A DNA stretch of 64,000 nucleotides from Candidatus Sulfomarinibacteraceae bacterium (GTDB lineage: Bacteria; Acidobacteriota; Thermoanaerobaculia; Thermoanaerobaculales; Sulfomarinibacteraceae), in contig CAVTEP010000003.1 of assembly GCA_963733915.1 (NCBI GenBank), positions 3,757 through 67,756 on the forward strand. The letters are read 5' to 3'. How positions within the stretch are numbered: the first letter of the stretch is position 1; the number at the start of each line of letters is the position of its first letter. Positions 18,191-26,673 of the stretch are shown one piece after another. The position numbers and the translations under genes are program-made. Under the pieces are notes generated by a model. It saw nothing but the letters and a program-made list of their open reading frames with translations, was not told the DNA's origin and searched no databases.

Positions 18191-18858
18191 GCACCAACTC
18201 GATCCCGGAGAGTCTCCGCGAGGTCATCAGCGAGGACCTCCAGCCGGTCCGCCCGCTGCCGCCGGTGTGGATGCGAACGCTGACCGCCGTCGCCGTGGCC
18301 GCAGCGGGTCTTGCGGTGATGGTGGTGGCCTTCAAGCTGAGGCTGCGACCAGATATGGACCAGATCCCCATGTGGTTGAGCTGGGGCTGCACGGGCCTCC
18401 AGCTGATCGTCGGCGTCGTGCTGATCGGCATGGCGCTGCGAGAGGCTGTGCCCGGCCGCGGTGTACCGTATGGCGCGGTAAAGCTGGCCGTCGGCACCGG
18501 CGTCCTGATGCAGGTCCTGGTCGGGATCGCCACCTGGATGCACAGCTCCGGAATGCCATTCCCAAACGGGCTCGGACTGAAAGTGGGGATGACCTGCGCC
18601 ACACACGACACCGCTCTCGCCCTCCCGGCCCTGCTCGTGACCCTGTGGCTGGTCTTCCGCGCACTTCCGCTGCGGCCTTCGGTGGCGGGGCTCCTCGGCG
18701 GTACCGGCGCCGCCATCGGGGCCGATGCGATTAACCACGTGTTGTGCCCGATGTCCGACCTGCGACACGTGTTGGTATGGCATACCGGCGTCATCTTCGG
18801 GCTCATGCTGATCGGTTGGTTGACTGGGAGGGTGTGGGAGTGGAGGCGGTTCGGATAG
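18187..18858 (+). CDS. polytopic membrane anti-sigma factor (DUF1109 / NrsF-like)
   Basis: ORF 18187..18858; ATGA overlap with sigma gene; N-terminal ISEDLQPVRPLPP followed by about six TM segments. Confidence 0.6.
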   Translation: MSTNSIPESLREVISEDLQPVRPLPPVWMRTLTAVAVAAAGLAVMVVAFKLRLRPDMDQIPMWLSWGCTGLQLIVGVVLIGMALREAVPGRGVPYGAVKLAVGTGVLMQVLVGIATWMHSSGMPFPNGLGLKVGMTCATHDTALALPALLVTLWLVFRALPLRPSVAGLLGGTGAAIGADAINHVLCPMSDLRHVLVWHTGVIFGLMLIGWLTGRVWEWRRFG

Positions 18859-18892
18859 GGTCGCAATGGATCACAGACAGATGTCAGGCATT

Positions 18893-19023
18893 GAAACGTT
18901 AGAACGTTAAAACGTTCAACGTTCCCGCCCACCCCCGAGAGTTGGGTTGCTCATTCTTGTCTCGATATCACGGAACCTTCAAGAGTGGAACGTTCTGACC
19001 TTCAACGTTCTAAGGTTCTAACG
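18893..19023. repeat. tandem-unit element E4: (NAACGTTN) arms with CCCGCCCACCCCC core
   Basis: 18893-18923 gaaacgttagaacgttaaaacgttcaacgtt; C-box 18924-18936; right arm 18972-19023 ggaaccttcaagagtggaacgttctgaccttcaacgttctaaggttctaacg. Confidence 0.8.
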
Positions 19024-19091
19024 ACGTCCTCGATATCGATCGGGGCGAGTACAATGGAGCGGCTCGGGCACGACAGCCCTCAGGAGGAACC

Positions 19092-19613
19092 GTGAGCAGT
19101 GACATCGACTTCAACTCGCTTTCGCTCCGAGACACGCTCGATCTCGCCATCTCCGTCGAGGAAGAGGCCAAGGAACGATACGACGATTTCGCAGCACAGA
19201 TGGACGCCCATCGTACTGCCGATGCGGCGAAGTTCTTTCGCTTCATGGCCGCAAATGAGATCAAACACGCCGAAAAGCTGGCCGCCCGCCGCATGATCCT
19301 ATTCGGTGACGAGCCGACGACCGCTGACACCTCGATTCTGTATGACATCGAGGCGCCCGAATTCGATGCGGCGCGCGCCTTCATGTCGATTCGCGCGGCC
19401 CTCGACGTCGCCATGGAGTCCGAGGTCAAGGCCTACGACTTTTACAACGACGCGTTGGGTGGGATCACCGACTCCGAGGTCAAGGCGCTCTTCGTCGAGC
19501 TCCGAGAGGAAGAGGCGCACCACCAGGAGCTGATCAGGGAAACGATGGCCAAGGTGCCGGCCGGCGACGGCTTCGATCCCGATGATTTCGTTGACGAACC
19601 AGCCGCGCAGTAG
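19092..19613 (+). CDS. rubrerythrin / ferritin-like diiron-domain protein
   Basis: ORF 19092..19613; two EEEAxxxY / ExxH-type helices (VEEEAKERYDDF, ANEIKHAEKL, MESEVKAYDFY, EEEAHHQELI). Confidence 0.7.
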   Translation: MSSDIDFNSLSLRDTLDLAISVEEEAKERYDDFAAQMDAHRTADAAKFFRFMAANEIKHAEKLAARRMILFGDEPTTADTSILYDIEAPEFDAARAFMSIRAALDVAMESEVKAYDFYNDALGGITDSEVKALFVELREEEAHHQELIRETMAKVPAGDGFDPDDFVDEPAAQ

Positions 19614-19620
19614 AAAAGCA

Positions 19621-19694
19621 GAGGGGAAAAGGGGAAGAGGGGAAAAGGGGACCCACCAACCCCTCTTCTCCTTTTCTCCTTTTCTCCTTTTCCC
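19621..19694. repeat. tandem-unit hairpin element E5: (GGGGAARA)x3-4, CCCACCAA, (CTCCTTTT)x4
   Basis: gaggggaaaaggggaagaggggaaaagggga cccaccaa cccctcttctccttttctccttttctccttttccc; begins 7 nt after the stop codon. Confidence 0.85.
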
Positions 19695-19726
19695 TACTCC
19701 ACTGATCACGGTTTACACTGGGACTG

Positions 19727-20749
19727 ATGCGTTTCTCTCCTGAACCGCCCGCAGTCGCCGACCCGCCATCCGCGGGCATCCTGCTTGCCAACCTCGGTTC
19801 GCCGTCAGCCGCGACTGCGGGAGCGGTACGGGCGTTTCTCCGTGAATTCCTCAGGGACCCTCGAGTCGTCGAACTACCGCGTTTCAGGTGGTGGTTGATT
19901 CGCAATTTTTTCATCCTGCCCTTTCGACCGTTTCGAACTGCCCGCGCCTACCGTCGGATCTGGACCGACGACGGCTCGCCGCTCGTGGTCATCAGCCGCC
20001 AGCAGGCGGCCGACCTCGAGTGGGAGATCGGCAGACGAGTTGACCGCCCGCTGCCAGTGTTCGCCGGCATGCGCTACGGCAAACCAACTATCGAGGCCGC
20101 GCTCGGAGTGTTGCGGCGACGCGGCTGTCGCCGGATCCTCGTCCTGCCGACCTTCCCCCAGTACTCTGCGACGACGACCGCTCCGGTCTTCGACGAGGTA
20201 GCGCGAGAGTTGTCGACCTGGCGACGGGTGCCCGAACTGAGAACAATCACCGAATACCACGACCACCCCAGCTACATCGGCGCCCTCGCCTCCAGTCTTC
20301 TCGACCAGTGGCGTGCCGGCGGCAAACCGCGAAAACTGCTGATCAGCTTCCACGGACTGCCCGTTCGCTATGCAGAGGCCGGCGACCCCTACCCCGATCA
20401 CTGTCGAAGAACTGTGACCGCCCTCGCCGGCAGGCTCGATCTCGAGTCCAAAAACATCGTCATCGGCTTCCAATCCAGATTTGGCCGTGAGCCGTGGGTC
20501 GGGCCGGACACCGCGGACCTGCTCCGGAAATGGGGTCGCGAGCACCTCGACAAGCTGGACGTGATCTGCCCGGGCTTTGCAGCCGACTGTCTCGAAACCC
20601 TCGAGGAAATCGATATTGCGGGCCGTAAGATCTTCAGCAAGGCCGGTGGCGGGAAATTCCGTTACGTTCCGGCACTCAACCGACGACCGGACCACATCGC
20701 AGCTCTCGCCGAGATCGCGATCGAGCACCTCGGCGGGTGGATTGTTTAG
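19727..20749 (+). CDS. hemH: ferrochelatase
   Basis: ORF 19727..20749; GILLANLGSP, FLREFLRDPRVVELP, LPTFPQYSATTT, SFHGLP, FQSRFG. Confidence 0.9.
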   Translation: MRFSPEPPAVADPPSAGILLANLGSPSAATAGAVRAFLREFLRDPRVVELPRFRWWLIRNFFILPFRPFRTARAYRRIWTDDGSPLVVISRQQAADLEWEIGRRVDRPLPVFAGMRYGKPTIEAALGVLRRRGCRRILVLPTFPQYSATTTAPVFDEVARELSTWRRVPELRTITEYHDHPSYIGALASSLLDQWRAGGKPRKLLISFHGLPVRYAEAGDPYPDHCRRTVTALAGRLDLESKNIVIGFQSRFGREPWVGPDTADLLRKWGREHLDKLDVICPGFAADCLETLEEIDIAGRKIFSKAGGGKFRYVPALNRRPDHIAALAEIAIEHLGGWIV

Positions 20750-20763
20750 CCCGGCCGGACTTT

Positions 20764-20808
20764 GAGGCTATGAGCTATGGGCCATGAGCTATGGGTGATG
20801 AAGCTACG
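20764..20808. repeat. single tandem-unit arm E6 (CTATGRG heptamers), no partner arm seen
   Basis: gaggctatgagctatgggccatgagctatgggtgatgaagctacg, 15 nt after hemH stop; same unit family as E3 and E11. Confidence 0.7.
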
Positions 20809-20859
20809 ACGGCACGCATTTGGAAGGATTGACATCGACTGATTGTTACTCGTGACATC

Positions 20860-21753
20860 ATGAGAATCATCCTCTCAGGAGCCAGTGGTCTCGTCGGGTC
20901 CGCGTTACTGCCTTCCCTCGAGGCCGACGGTCACGAGGTTGTCCGGCTACTTCGTCCGCCTCGACATCCGGTCGCGGGCGAGGCGGTCTGGGACCCGGCC
21001 GCCGGCGTGCTCGACCCGGCGATCGTCAGCGGCGCCGACGCCGTCATCAACCTCGGCGGCAGGAGCATTTCACACGGTCGCTGGAACACGAAGATCAAGC
21101 AGGACCTGCGCCGAAGCCGGCTCGACTCGACCCGTACCATCGTTGAGGCAATCGGCGCCGCTGAAAAGCCGCCAGCACTTCTGATCAACGCCTCAGCCGT
21201 GGGTTACTACGGAGATCGCGGGGATGAGGTACTCGACGAAAGCTCCGGCCCAGGTTGTGGTTTCCTACCCGACCTTTGCCGCGATTGGGAGAACGCGGCC
21301 GCGTCTGGCGGCTCCGGTCGAACCCGAGTCGTGCTGACTCGCCTCGGCATGGTGGTGGCCGATGGCGGGGCTCTCGAGCGCATGCTCCCACCCTTCAGGC
21401 TGGGTCTCGGGGGACCGATCGGTTCGGGCCGGCAGTTCTGGGCGTGGACCGCGATCACGGACGTGGTCGGCGCAGTCCGGTTCATTCTCGATCACGAAGA
21501 GATCGAGGGCCCCGTCAATCTGGTGTCGCCCGAGGAGACCCGATGCGCCGATTTCACAAGCACCCTCGGCCGGGTCCTGCGGCGGCCGGCAGTGTTACCA
21601 GCTCCGGCCTTTGCGATCCGCGCCGCCCTCGGCGAGATGGCGGACGGATTGTTGCTGGCATCCGCCCGCGTCCAGCCGCGCGTCCTCGAGCGGGCCGGAT
21701 ACGGATTCCGCGCCGCATCTCTGGAAGCTGCAATCCGAGCCGCGCTCGAATAA
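20860..21753 (+). CDS. TIGR01777-type NAD-dependent epimerase/dehydratase family protein with DUF1731 C-terminus (YfcH-like)
   Basis: ORF 20860..21753; MRIILSGASGLVGSAL Rossmann motif, C-terminal LLASARVQPRVLERAGYGF. Confidence 0.8.
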   Translation: MRIILSGASGLVGSALLPSLEADGHEVVRLLRPPRHPVAGEAVWDPAAGVLDPAIVSGADAVINLGGRSISHGRWNTKIKQDLRRSRLDSTRTIVEAIGAAEKPPALLINASAVGYYGDRGDEVLDESSGPGCGFLPDLCRDWENAAASGGSGRTRVVLTRLGMVVADGGALERMLPPFRLGLGGPIGSGRQFWAWTAITDVVGAVRFILDHEEIEGPVNLVSPEETRCADFTSTLGRVLRRPAVLPAPAFAIRAALGEMADGLLLASARVQPRVLERAGYGFRAASLEAAIRAALE

Positions 21754-21807
21754 ATTTTCAACGCTGGTGGCCCGCTACTGCGAATCAAGATCATGTAGGA
21801 TCACGCG

Positions 21808-22740
21808 ATGAAAACCGTCGAGTCCGTTCTGGATCTCATCGGGGAAACTCCCCTGTTGCGTCTGAAAGAGCTCGAGGATGAGGGCGGCGGCGAGGTCTGG
21901 GCCAAGCTCGAGAGCCTCAATCCCGGGTTCTCGGTCAAGGACCGTGTCGGACTCGCGTTGATCCGGAGGGCCGAGGCCGACGGATCGCTGTCAGGTGGAG
22001 GGACGGTGGTGGAGGCCACCGCCGGCAACACCGGGCTCGCGCTGGCGTTGGTCGGCCGGCATCTCGGTTACCAGGTCATCTTATTGATCCCGGAGAACTT
22101 CTCGCTCGAAAAGCAACGGTTGATGCGCGCCCTCGGCGGCGAGGTCGTGGTCACGCCCGCCGAGGAGGGCATGGAGGGGGCGCGGCGCCGGGCGCGCGAG
22201 ATCGCCGGTGCAACACCCGGCGCGGTCTATGTGGACCAGTTTGCCAACCCCGCCAACCCGGAGGCCCACTTCTTGACAACCGGTCCGGAGATCTACCACC
22301 AAATGGGGGGCCATATCGATGCCCTCGTCGCCGGCTGCGGTTCGGGCGGCACCTTTTCGGGCGTCGCCCGCTACCTCAAAAAGGAGATCCCGCACCTGCT
22401 CGCGGTGGCGGTGGAACCAAAGGGCTCGATCCTCGCCGGCGGCGACCCCGGCGCCTACGAGGTCGAGGGCATCGGCATGAGCACTCTCCACCCGACCATG
22501 GACCTCGATCTCGCCGACGAAATCATCAGCGTTCCCGACGCCAACTCCTTCCGCTATGTGCGCCGTCTGGCGGCGGAATGCGGGATCCTCGCAGGCTCGT
22601 CTGCGGGCGCCGCGGTGTGGGCCGCGGTTCAGGTCGCCAGACGTCTCGGCGCCGGCAAGCGGGTCGCGACCGTCATTCCGGATTCTTCCGAGCGCTATCT
22701 TTCGAAGGACATCTACGAAAAGTACATGGAGGGCTCATGA
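21808..22740 (+). CDS. cysteine synthase / PLP-dependent beta-replacement enzyme (CysK/CBS family)
   Basis: ORF 21808..22740; LESLNPGFSVKDRVGLALI (PLP lysine), ATAGNTGLALA, GCGSGGTFSGV. Confidence 0.85.
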   Translation: MKTVESVLDLIGETPLLRLKELEDEGGGEVWAKLESLNPGFSVKDRVGLALIRRAEADGSLSGGGTVVEATAGNTGLALALVGRHLGYQVILLIPENFSLEKQRLMRALGGEVVVTPAEEGMEGARRRAREIAGATPGAVYVDQFANPANPEAHFLTTGPEIYHQMGGHIDALVAGCGSGGTFSGVARYLKKEIPHLLAVAVEPKGSILAGGDPGAYEVEGIGMSTLHPTMDLDLADEIISVPDANSFRYVRRLAAECGILAGSSAGAAVWAAVQVARRLGAGKRVATVIPDSSERYLSKDIYEKYMEGS

Positions 22741-23885
22741 AGATCGCCACCTCCTGCGTTCATGCCGGCCATGGCGCCGACGAACTCACTGGAGCCGTCA
22801 ACGTTCCGATCTATGCCTCCTCTACGTATGCGTATCGCCGTTTCGGAGAGCATCGCGGCTGGGAGTATTCGCGTACCGGGAACCCGACGCGATCCGCCCT
22901 CGAGCGCGCGATGGCTGAGATCGAGGGCGGAGCCGACGGGATCGCCTTTGCCTCCGGTCTGGCCGCGATAGATGCCCTCACCGATCTTTTCGAGGCCGGG
23001 GACAATGTAGTCGCCGCCGACACTCTCTATGGCGGCACCTGGCGCCTGTTTTCGACCATCACCAAACGCCACGGACTCGAGCTGCGCTTTGCCGCCGCCA
23101 CCGATCCGGAGTCCTTTGCCGCAGCAGCCGACGAACGCACGCGGATGATCTTTGTCGAGTCCCCGACCAATCCGCTCATGCAGCTGGTCGACCTGTCCGC
23201 GGTCACTTCCGTCGCCGGAGCGCACGGTGCCCTGCTGGTGGTCGACAACACTTTTCTGACGCCGGTCCTGCAGCGCCCCCTCGAGCTCGGCGCTGACGTC
23301 GTCGTGCACTCCACGACCAAGTACCTCAACGGCCACTCGGACGGCGTCGGCGGCGTGATCGTCACCCGCGACGCCGCGCTCGGCCAACAACTGCACACCA
23401 TTCAGAACAACGTCGGCGCCATTCTCGGGCCCTTCGACGCCTACCTGGTCATCAGGGGCTTGAAAACCCTGGCCGTCCGCATGGCGGTGCACGAAGCCAA
23501 CGGCCGGAGTCTCGCCGGCTTTCTGGCGGCCCACAAGGATGTTGCCGCCGTGTATTACCCCGGGCTTGCCAGCCACCCGCAACACCGGCTGGCGCGGAGC
23601 CAACAATCCGGTTTCGGGGGCATGATCTCGTTTGATCTCGGATCGGTTGAGAAGGCGCGTGCCTTCTGCGACGGAGTCGAGATCTTCACCCTCGCCGAGT
23701 CGCTCGGCGGAGTTGAATCGCTGGTCTGCCACCCGGCCACCATGACCCACGCAGCGATACCCGCCGATGTGCGGGAGCGCCTCGGCATCGGCCAGGGATT
23801 GATCCGGCTCTCGGTCGGCATCGAGGACGCGTCCGACCTCGAGGCCGACATCACCAAGGGCCTCGACGCCGCATCAGACGTTTGA
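22737..23885 (+). CDS. cystathionine gamma-lyase/gamma-synthase family PLP enzyme
   Basis: frame of ORF 22578..23885 trimmed to MKIATSCVHAG (ATGA overlap with upstream stop); HSTTKYLNGHSD PLP-lysine motif. Confidence 0.85.
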   Translation: MKIATSCVHAGHGADELTGAVNVPIYASSTYAYRRFGEHRGWEYSRTGNPTRSALERAMAEIEGGADGIAFASGLAAIDALTDLFEAGDNVVAADTLYGGTWRLFSTITKRHGLELRFAAATDPESFAAAADERTRMIFVESPTNPLMQLVDLSAVTSVAGAHGALLVVDNTFLTPVLQRPLELGADVVVHSTTKYLNGHSDGVGGVIVTRDAALGQQLHTIQNNVGAILGPFDAYLVIRGLKTLAVRMAVHEANGRSLAGFLAAHKDVAAVYYPGLASHPQHRLARSQQSGFGGMISFDLGSVEKARAFCDGVEIFTLAESLGGVESLVCHPATMTHAAIPADVRERLGIGQGLIRLSVGIEDASDLEADITKGLDAASDV

Positions 23886-24008
23886 ACGATTCAACGTTAA
23901 TACGTTAAAACGTTCCCACCCCTCCTCCCCCGAGATCCTCGGCCATCGACAGGGTTGGGCGGGCGAAACGTTCTAACGTTAAACGTTCCAACATTCTAAC
24001 GATTCAAA
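23884..24008. repeat. tandem-unit hairpin element E7: AACGTT-type arms, C-box, G-box; bounded by 10-nt direct repeat
   Basis: 23884-23914 gaacgattcaacgttaatacgttaaaacgtt; C-box 23915-23931 cccacccctcctccccc; G-box 23952-23965 gggttgggcgggcg; right arm 23966-24008; aacgattcaa at 23885-23894 and 23998-24007; left end overlaps TGA 23883-23885. Confidence 0.85.
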
Positions 24009-24113
24009 GGTGTCAATCCCCCGCCTGGCTTCGACCGGAGACTGCCGGTCGTGGTAGGTTTTCGTTGACAATAATAGAGGTCATCTCGAGAGGATGACCG
24101 GATCCGGGGTTCC

Positions 24114-26492
24114 ATGCGCACAGCACGCCATTTCACCGCCATCGCGACAACCATCGCCCTCGTCGTGCTCGGCGCGCCGTCAGCCCTTCACTCGGCAGAC
24201 GACGCACCAACCGGTGTCGCGTTGATTCGGGTCAATCTGGTCGGCCCGCCACGCGATCTTGGGCTGCCAGTTCACGCCTTGCTCCGGGACTCACGCGGCA
24301 TCGACTATGCTTTGGTGCTTGCGCCGGTATCTGCCGCCAACGCGCTTGGAGCTGAGATCCTCGACCCGCAGCTGTCCGGCAGCTCCTACCTGGTTGCCCT
24401 TGAACGGCGACCAAACGCCCGCACCGATGCCCGCATGATGATGCCGGTCCTCCACGACGACGGTCGCCACATCGTCGTCCGGAACGCGCCGGGAAGGGCC
24501 GACGCGCTTGCGGAGCTCGGTTTCGACCTCGCCCTGTTCTCCACCGAAGCCTGGAAATTTGAAGCGCCGTTCGCGCCAGAAAGCGCGCCGGAAATCAGCT
24601 GGGACTCTCGAGTTGCAGACATTATCGCGGCCGTGACCGAGCCTTCAGTGTTTACTTACAGCGGCCAAATCAGCGGCGAAAGCCCTGTCATCGTCGCAGG
24701 GGATACCTACACGATCGTAACCCGCCACACGAGCTCTGGAACCCCGATCCAGAAGGCGACCCAGTTCGTCTACGAGTTCATGAGTCAGCTCGCTCTCGAT
24801 GTCTCGTTTCACCAGTGGAGCTCGGGCCGCAACGTGATCGGCGAAAAGCTGGGGGCCACGGACCCCGAGGAGATCGTGCTCATCACAGCTCACCTCGACG
24901 ACATGCCATCGGGCGGGGTCGCGCCCGGTGCCGACGACAACGGCAGCGGGTCGGTGGCGGTGATGATGGCGGCCGAGCTCTTCGACCCGTACTGGTTCGA
25001 AAAGACCGTCCGTTTCGTATTCTTCACCGGCGAGGAGCAAGGATTGCTCGGTGCCCAGGCCTATGCCGCCAAGGTCCAGGCGGACGGCGATAACATCGTT
25101 GCGGTCTACAACATGGACATGATCGGCTGGGACGCGGTGGACGGACCGACCCTTCGCATCCACACCCGACCCGGGAACAGCCTCGACCTCGCAATCGCCA
25201 ACACATTCACCGATGTGGTCTCCACCTACGGTCTTTCGGGCGTGCTGACCCCGATCATCGATCCTGACGGAATCTCCGCCAGCGATCATGCGGCTTTCTG
25301 GGCTCGGGGTTATCCAGGCGTGCTCGCCATCGAGGATGACCAGAGCGACTTCAACGCCTACTACCACACCGTCAACGACAAACGGGAGCACCTCAACATG
25401 GGGTATTTCACGAACTACGTGAAGGCCTCGCTCGGCACCGCCGCTCATCTCGCCATACCGACTATCGCGCCATGCCAACAGGCGATGGTCACGAGGTCTC
25501 TCGAGGTCGACAGCCATGCATCGGCTTCAACCTCGTCGAACCTGAACGGCATCCTCGAAAAAGGCGAACGCGCGATGATCACACCGGGATGGCGTTTCCC
25601 GGCGGGTTGCGCACCGTCGTTTGTCACGGGCCAGATAACGAATTTCGCGACACCGGCCGGGCTCATGGGATCGGTACCTGACGACGGGGCATCGTACGGC
25701 TTGATGTTCCCGGGAGAGGAGACCGACTGTTTCAGCGAAGGTGAAAATTGCTACGAGCTGTGGCTCAGTCCGATCGGCACCCGCCCCAGCGGCCACATCG
25801 ATCTCGTCGCAACCGAAGCCCTCAGCGTCAATCGGTCGGAGGATTGGCTGATTCACCTCGGCGGTAGCTTCTCCGATGTTCCGACCGATTACTGGGCCTA
25901 CGGTTTCGTGGAAAAGATCCTGCACCATGGAGTCACGGCGGGCTGCGCCACGTCGGCGTTCTGTCCGGGCCAACCGATATCGCGCTGGCAGATGGCGGTG
26001 TTCATTAGCAAATCGATGCTCACTGGCGTCGAGGCGCCGATCACAGGGACCGTACCCGGCAAGGGTGGTTACGATTGCTCCGAGGGCGGTATTTCGGTCT
26101 TTGACGACATCTCACCCGTCGACCCCGGATGCCGTTTTGTTCATTTCATCGCCGCCGAAGGGATTTCGGTGGGCTGTGCGTCGACGCTTTTCTGTCCGTA
26201 CGTGTCCGTCGACCGCTGGCAGATGGCGGTCTTTCTCGCCAAGGCCATGGTGGGCGACGGAACGATACCGAACAGCGGCACTGTTCCCGGAATGGGAGCC
26301 TACGATTGCCGGACCGGAGGGGTCAGCCTCTTCGGAGACATTCAACCCACGGATCCGGTCTGTCCGCACGTCCATTTCCTGGCCGCGGCCGAGGTGACCG
26401 CTGGATGTGGCGGCGGAAACTACTGTCCTGACGCATTGGTGACGCGGGCGCAGATGTCCGTGTTCCTGGTGAAGTCCTTCAGCCTGCCGTGA
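24114..26492 (+). CDS. secreted M28-family aminopeptidase with three C-terminal Cys-containing SLH-like repeats
   Basis: ORF 24114..26492; signal peptide; ITAHLDDMPSGGVAPGADDNGSGS, FFTGEEQGLLGAQAY; repeats FSDVPTDYWAYGFVEKILHHGVTAGC.., FDDISPVDPGCRFVHFIAAEGISVGC.., FGDIQPTDPVCPHVHFLAAAEVTAGC.. Confidence 0.8.
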   Translation: MRTARHFTAIATTIALVVLGAPSALHSADDAPTGVALIRVNLVGPPRDLGLPVHALLRDSRGIDYALVLAPVSAANALGAEILDPQLSGSSYLVALERRPNARTDARMMMPVLHDDGRHIVVRNAPGRADALAELGFDLALFSTEAWKFEAPFAPESAPEISWDSRVADIIAAVTEPSVFTYSGQISGESPVIVAGDTYTIVTRHTSSGTPIQKATQFVYEFMSQLALDVSFHQWSSGRNVIGEKLGATDPEEIVLITAHLDDMPSGGVAPGADDNGSGSVAVMMAAELFDPYWFEKTVRFVFFTGEEQGLLGAQAYAAKVQADGDNIVAVYNMDMIGWDAVDGPTLRIHTRPGNSLDLAIANTFTDVVSTYGLSGVLTPIIDPDGISASDHAAFWARGYPGVLAIEDDQSDFNAYYHTVNDKREHLNMGYFTNYVKASLGTAAHLAIPTIAPCQQAMVTRSLEVDSHASASTSSNLNGILEKGERAMITPGWRFPAGCAPSFVTGQITNFATPAGLMGSVPDDGASYGLMFPGEETDCFSEGENCYELWLSPIGTRPSGHIDLVATEALSVNRSEDWLIHLGGSFSDVPTDYWAYGFVEKILHHGVTAGCATSAFCPGQPISRWQMAVFISKSMLTGVEAPITGTVPGKGGYDCSEGGISVFDDISPVDPGCRFVHFIAAEGISVGCASTLFCPYVSVDRWQMAVFLAKAMVGDGTIPNSGTVPGMGAYDCRTGGVSLFGDIQPTDPVCPHVHFLAAAEVTAGCGGGNYCPDALVTRAQMSVFLVKSFSLP

Positions 26493-26533
26493 CCACTGTC
26501 AGATCGAGGACGCATCCAATCTCGCCGCCGCGT

Positions 26534-26669
26534 CAACCGTTTGAACGTTGCAACATTAGAACGTTAGAACGTTAGAACGTTCCTAATCTCCCCCAGGGTG
26601 TACATCGAGAATTGACTGGGGTGGATGGACGAAACGTTTTAACGTTGAACGTTCCAACGTGTAACGTCG
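26534..26669. repeat. tandem-unit hairpin element E8: AACGTT-type arms around ctcccccag...ctggggtgg core
   Basis: 26534-26583 caaccgtttgaacgttgcaacattagaacgttagaacgttagaacgttcc; right arm 26631-26669 gaaacgttttaacgttgaacgttccaacgtgtaacgtcg; ends 5 nt before the stop of the convergent gene. Confidence 0.85.
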
Positions 26670-26673
26670 TGTG

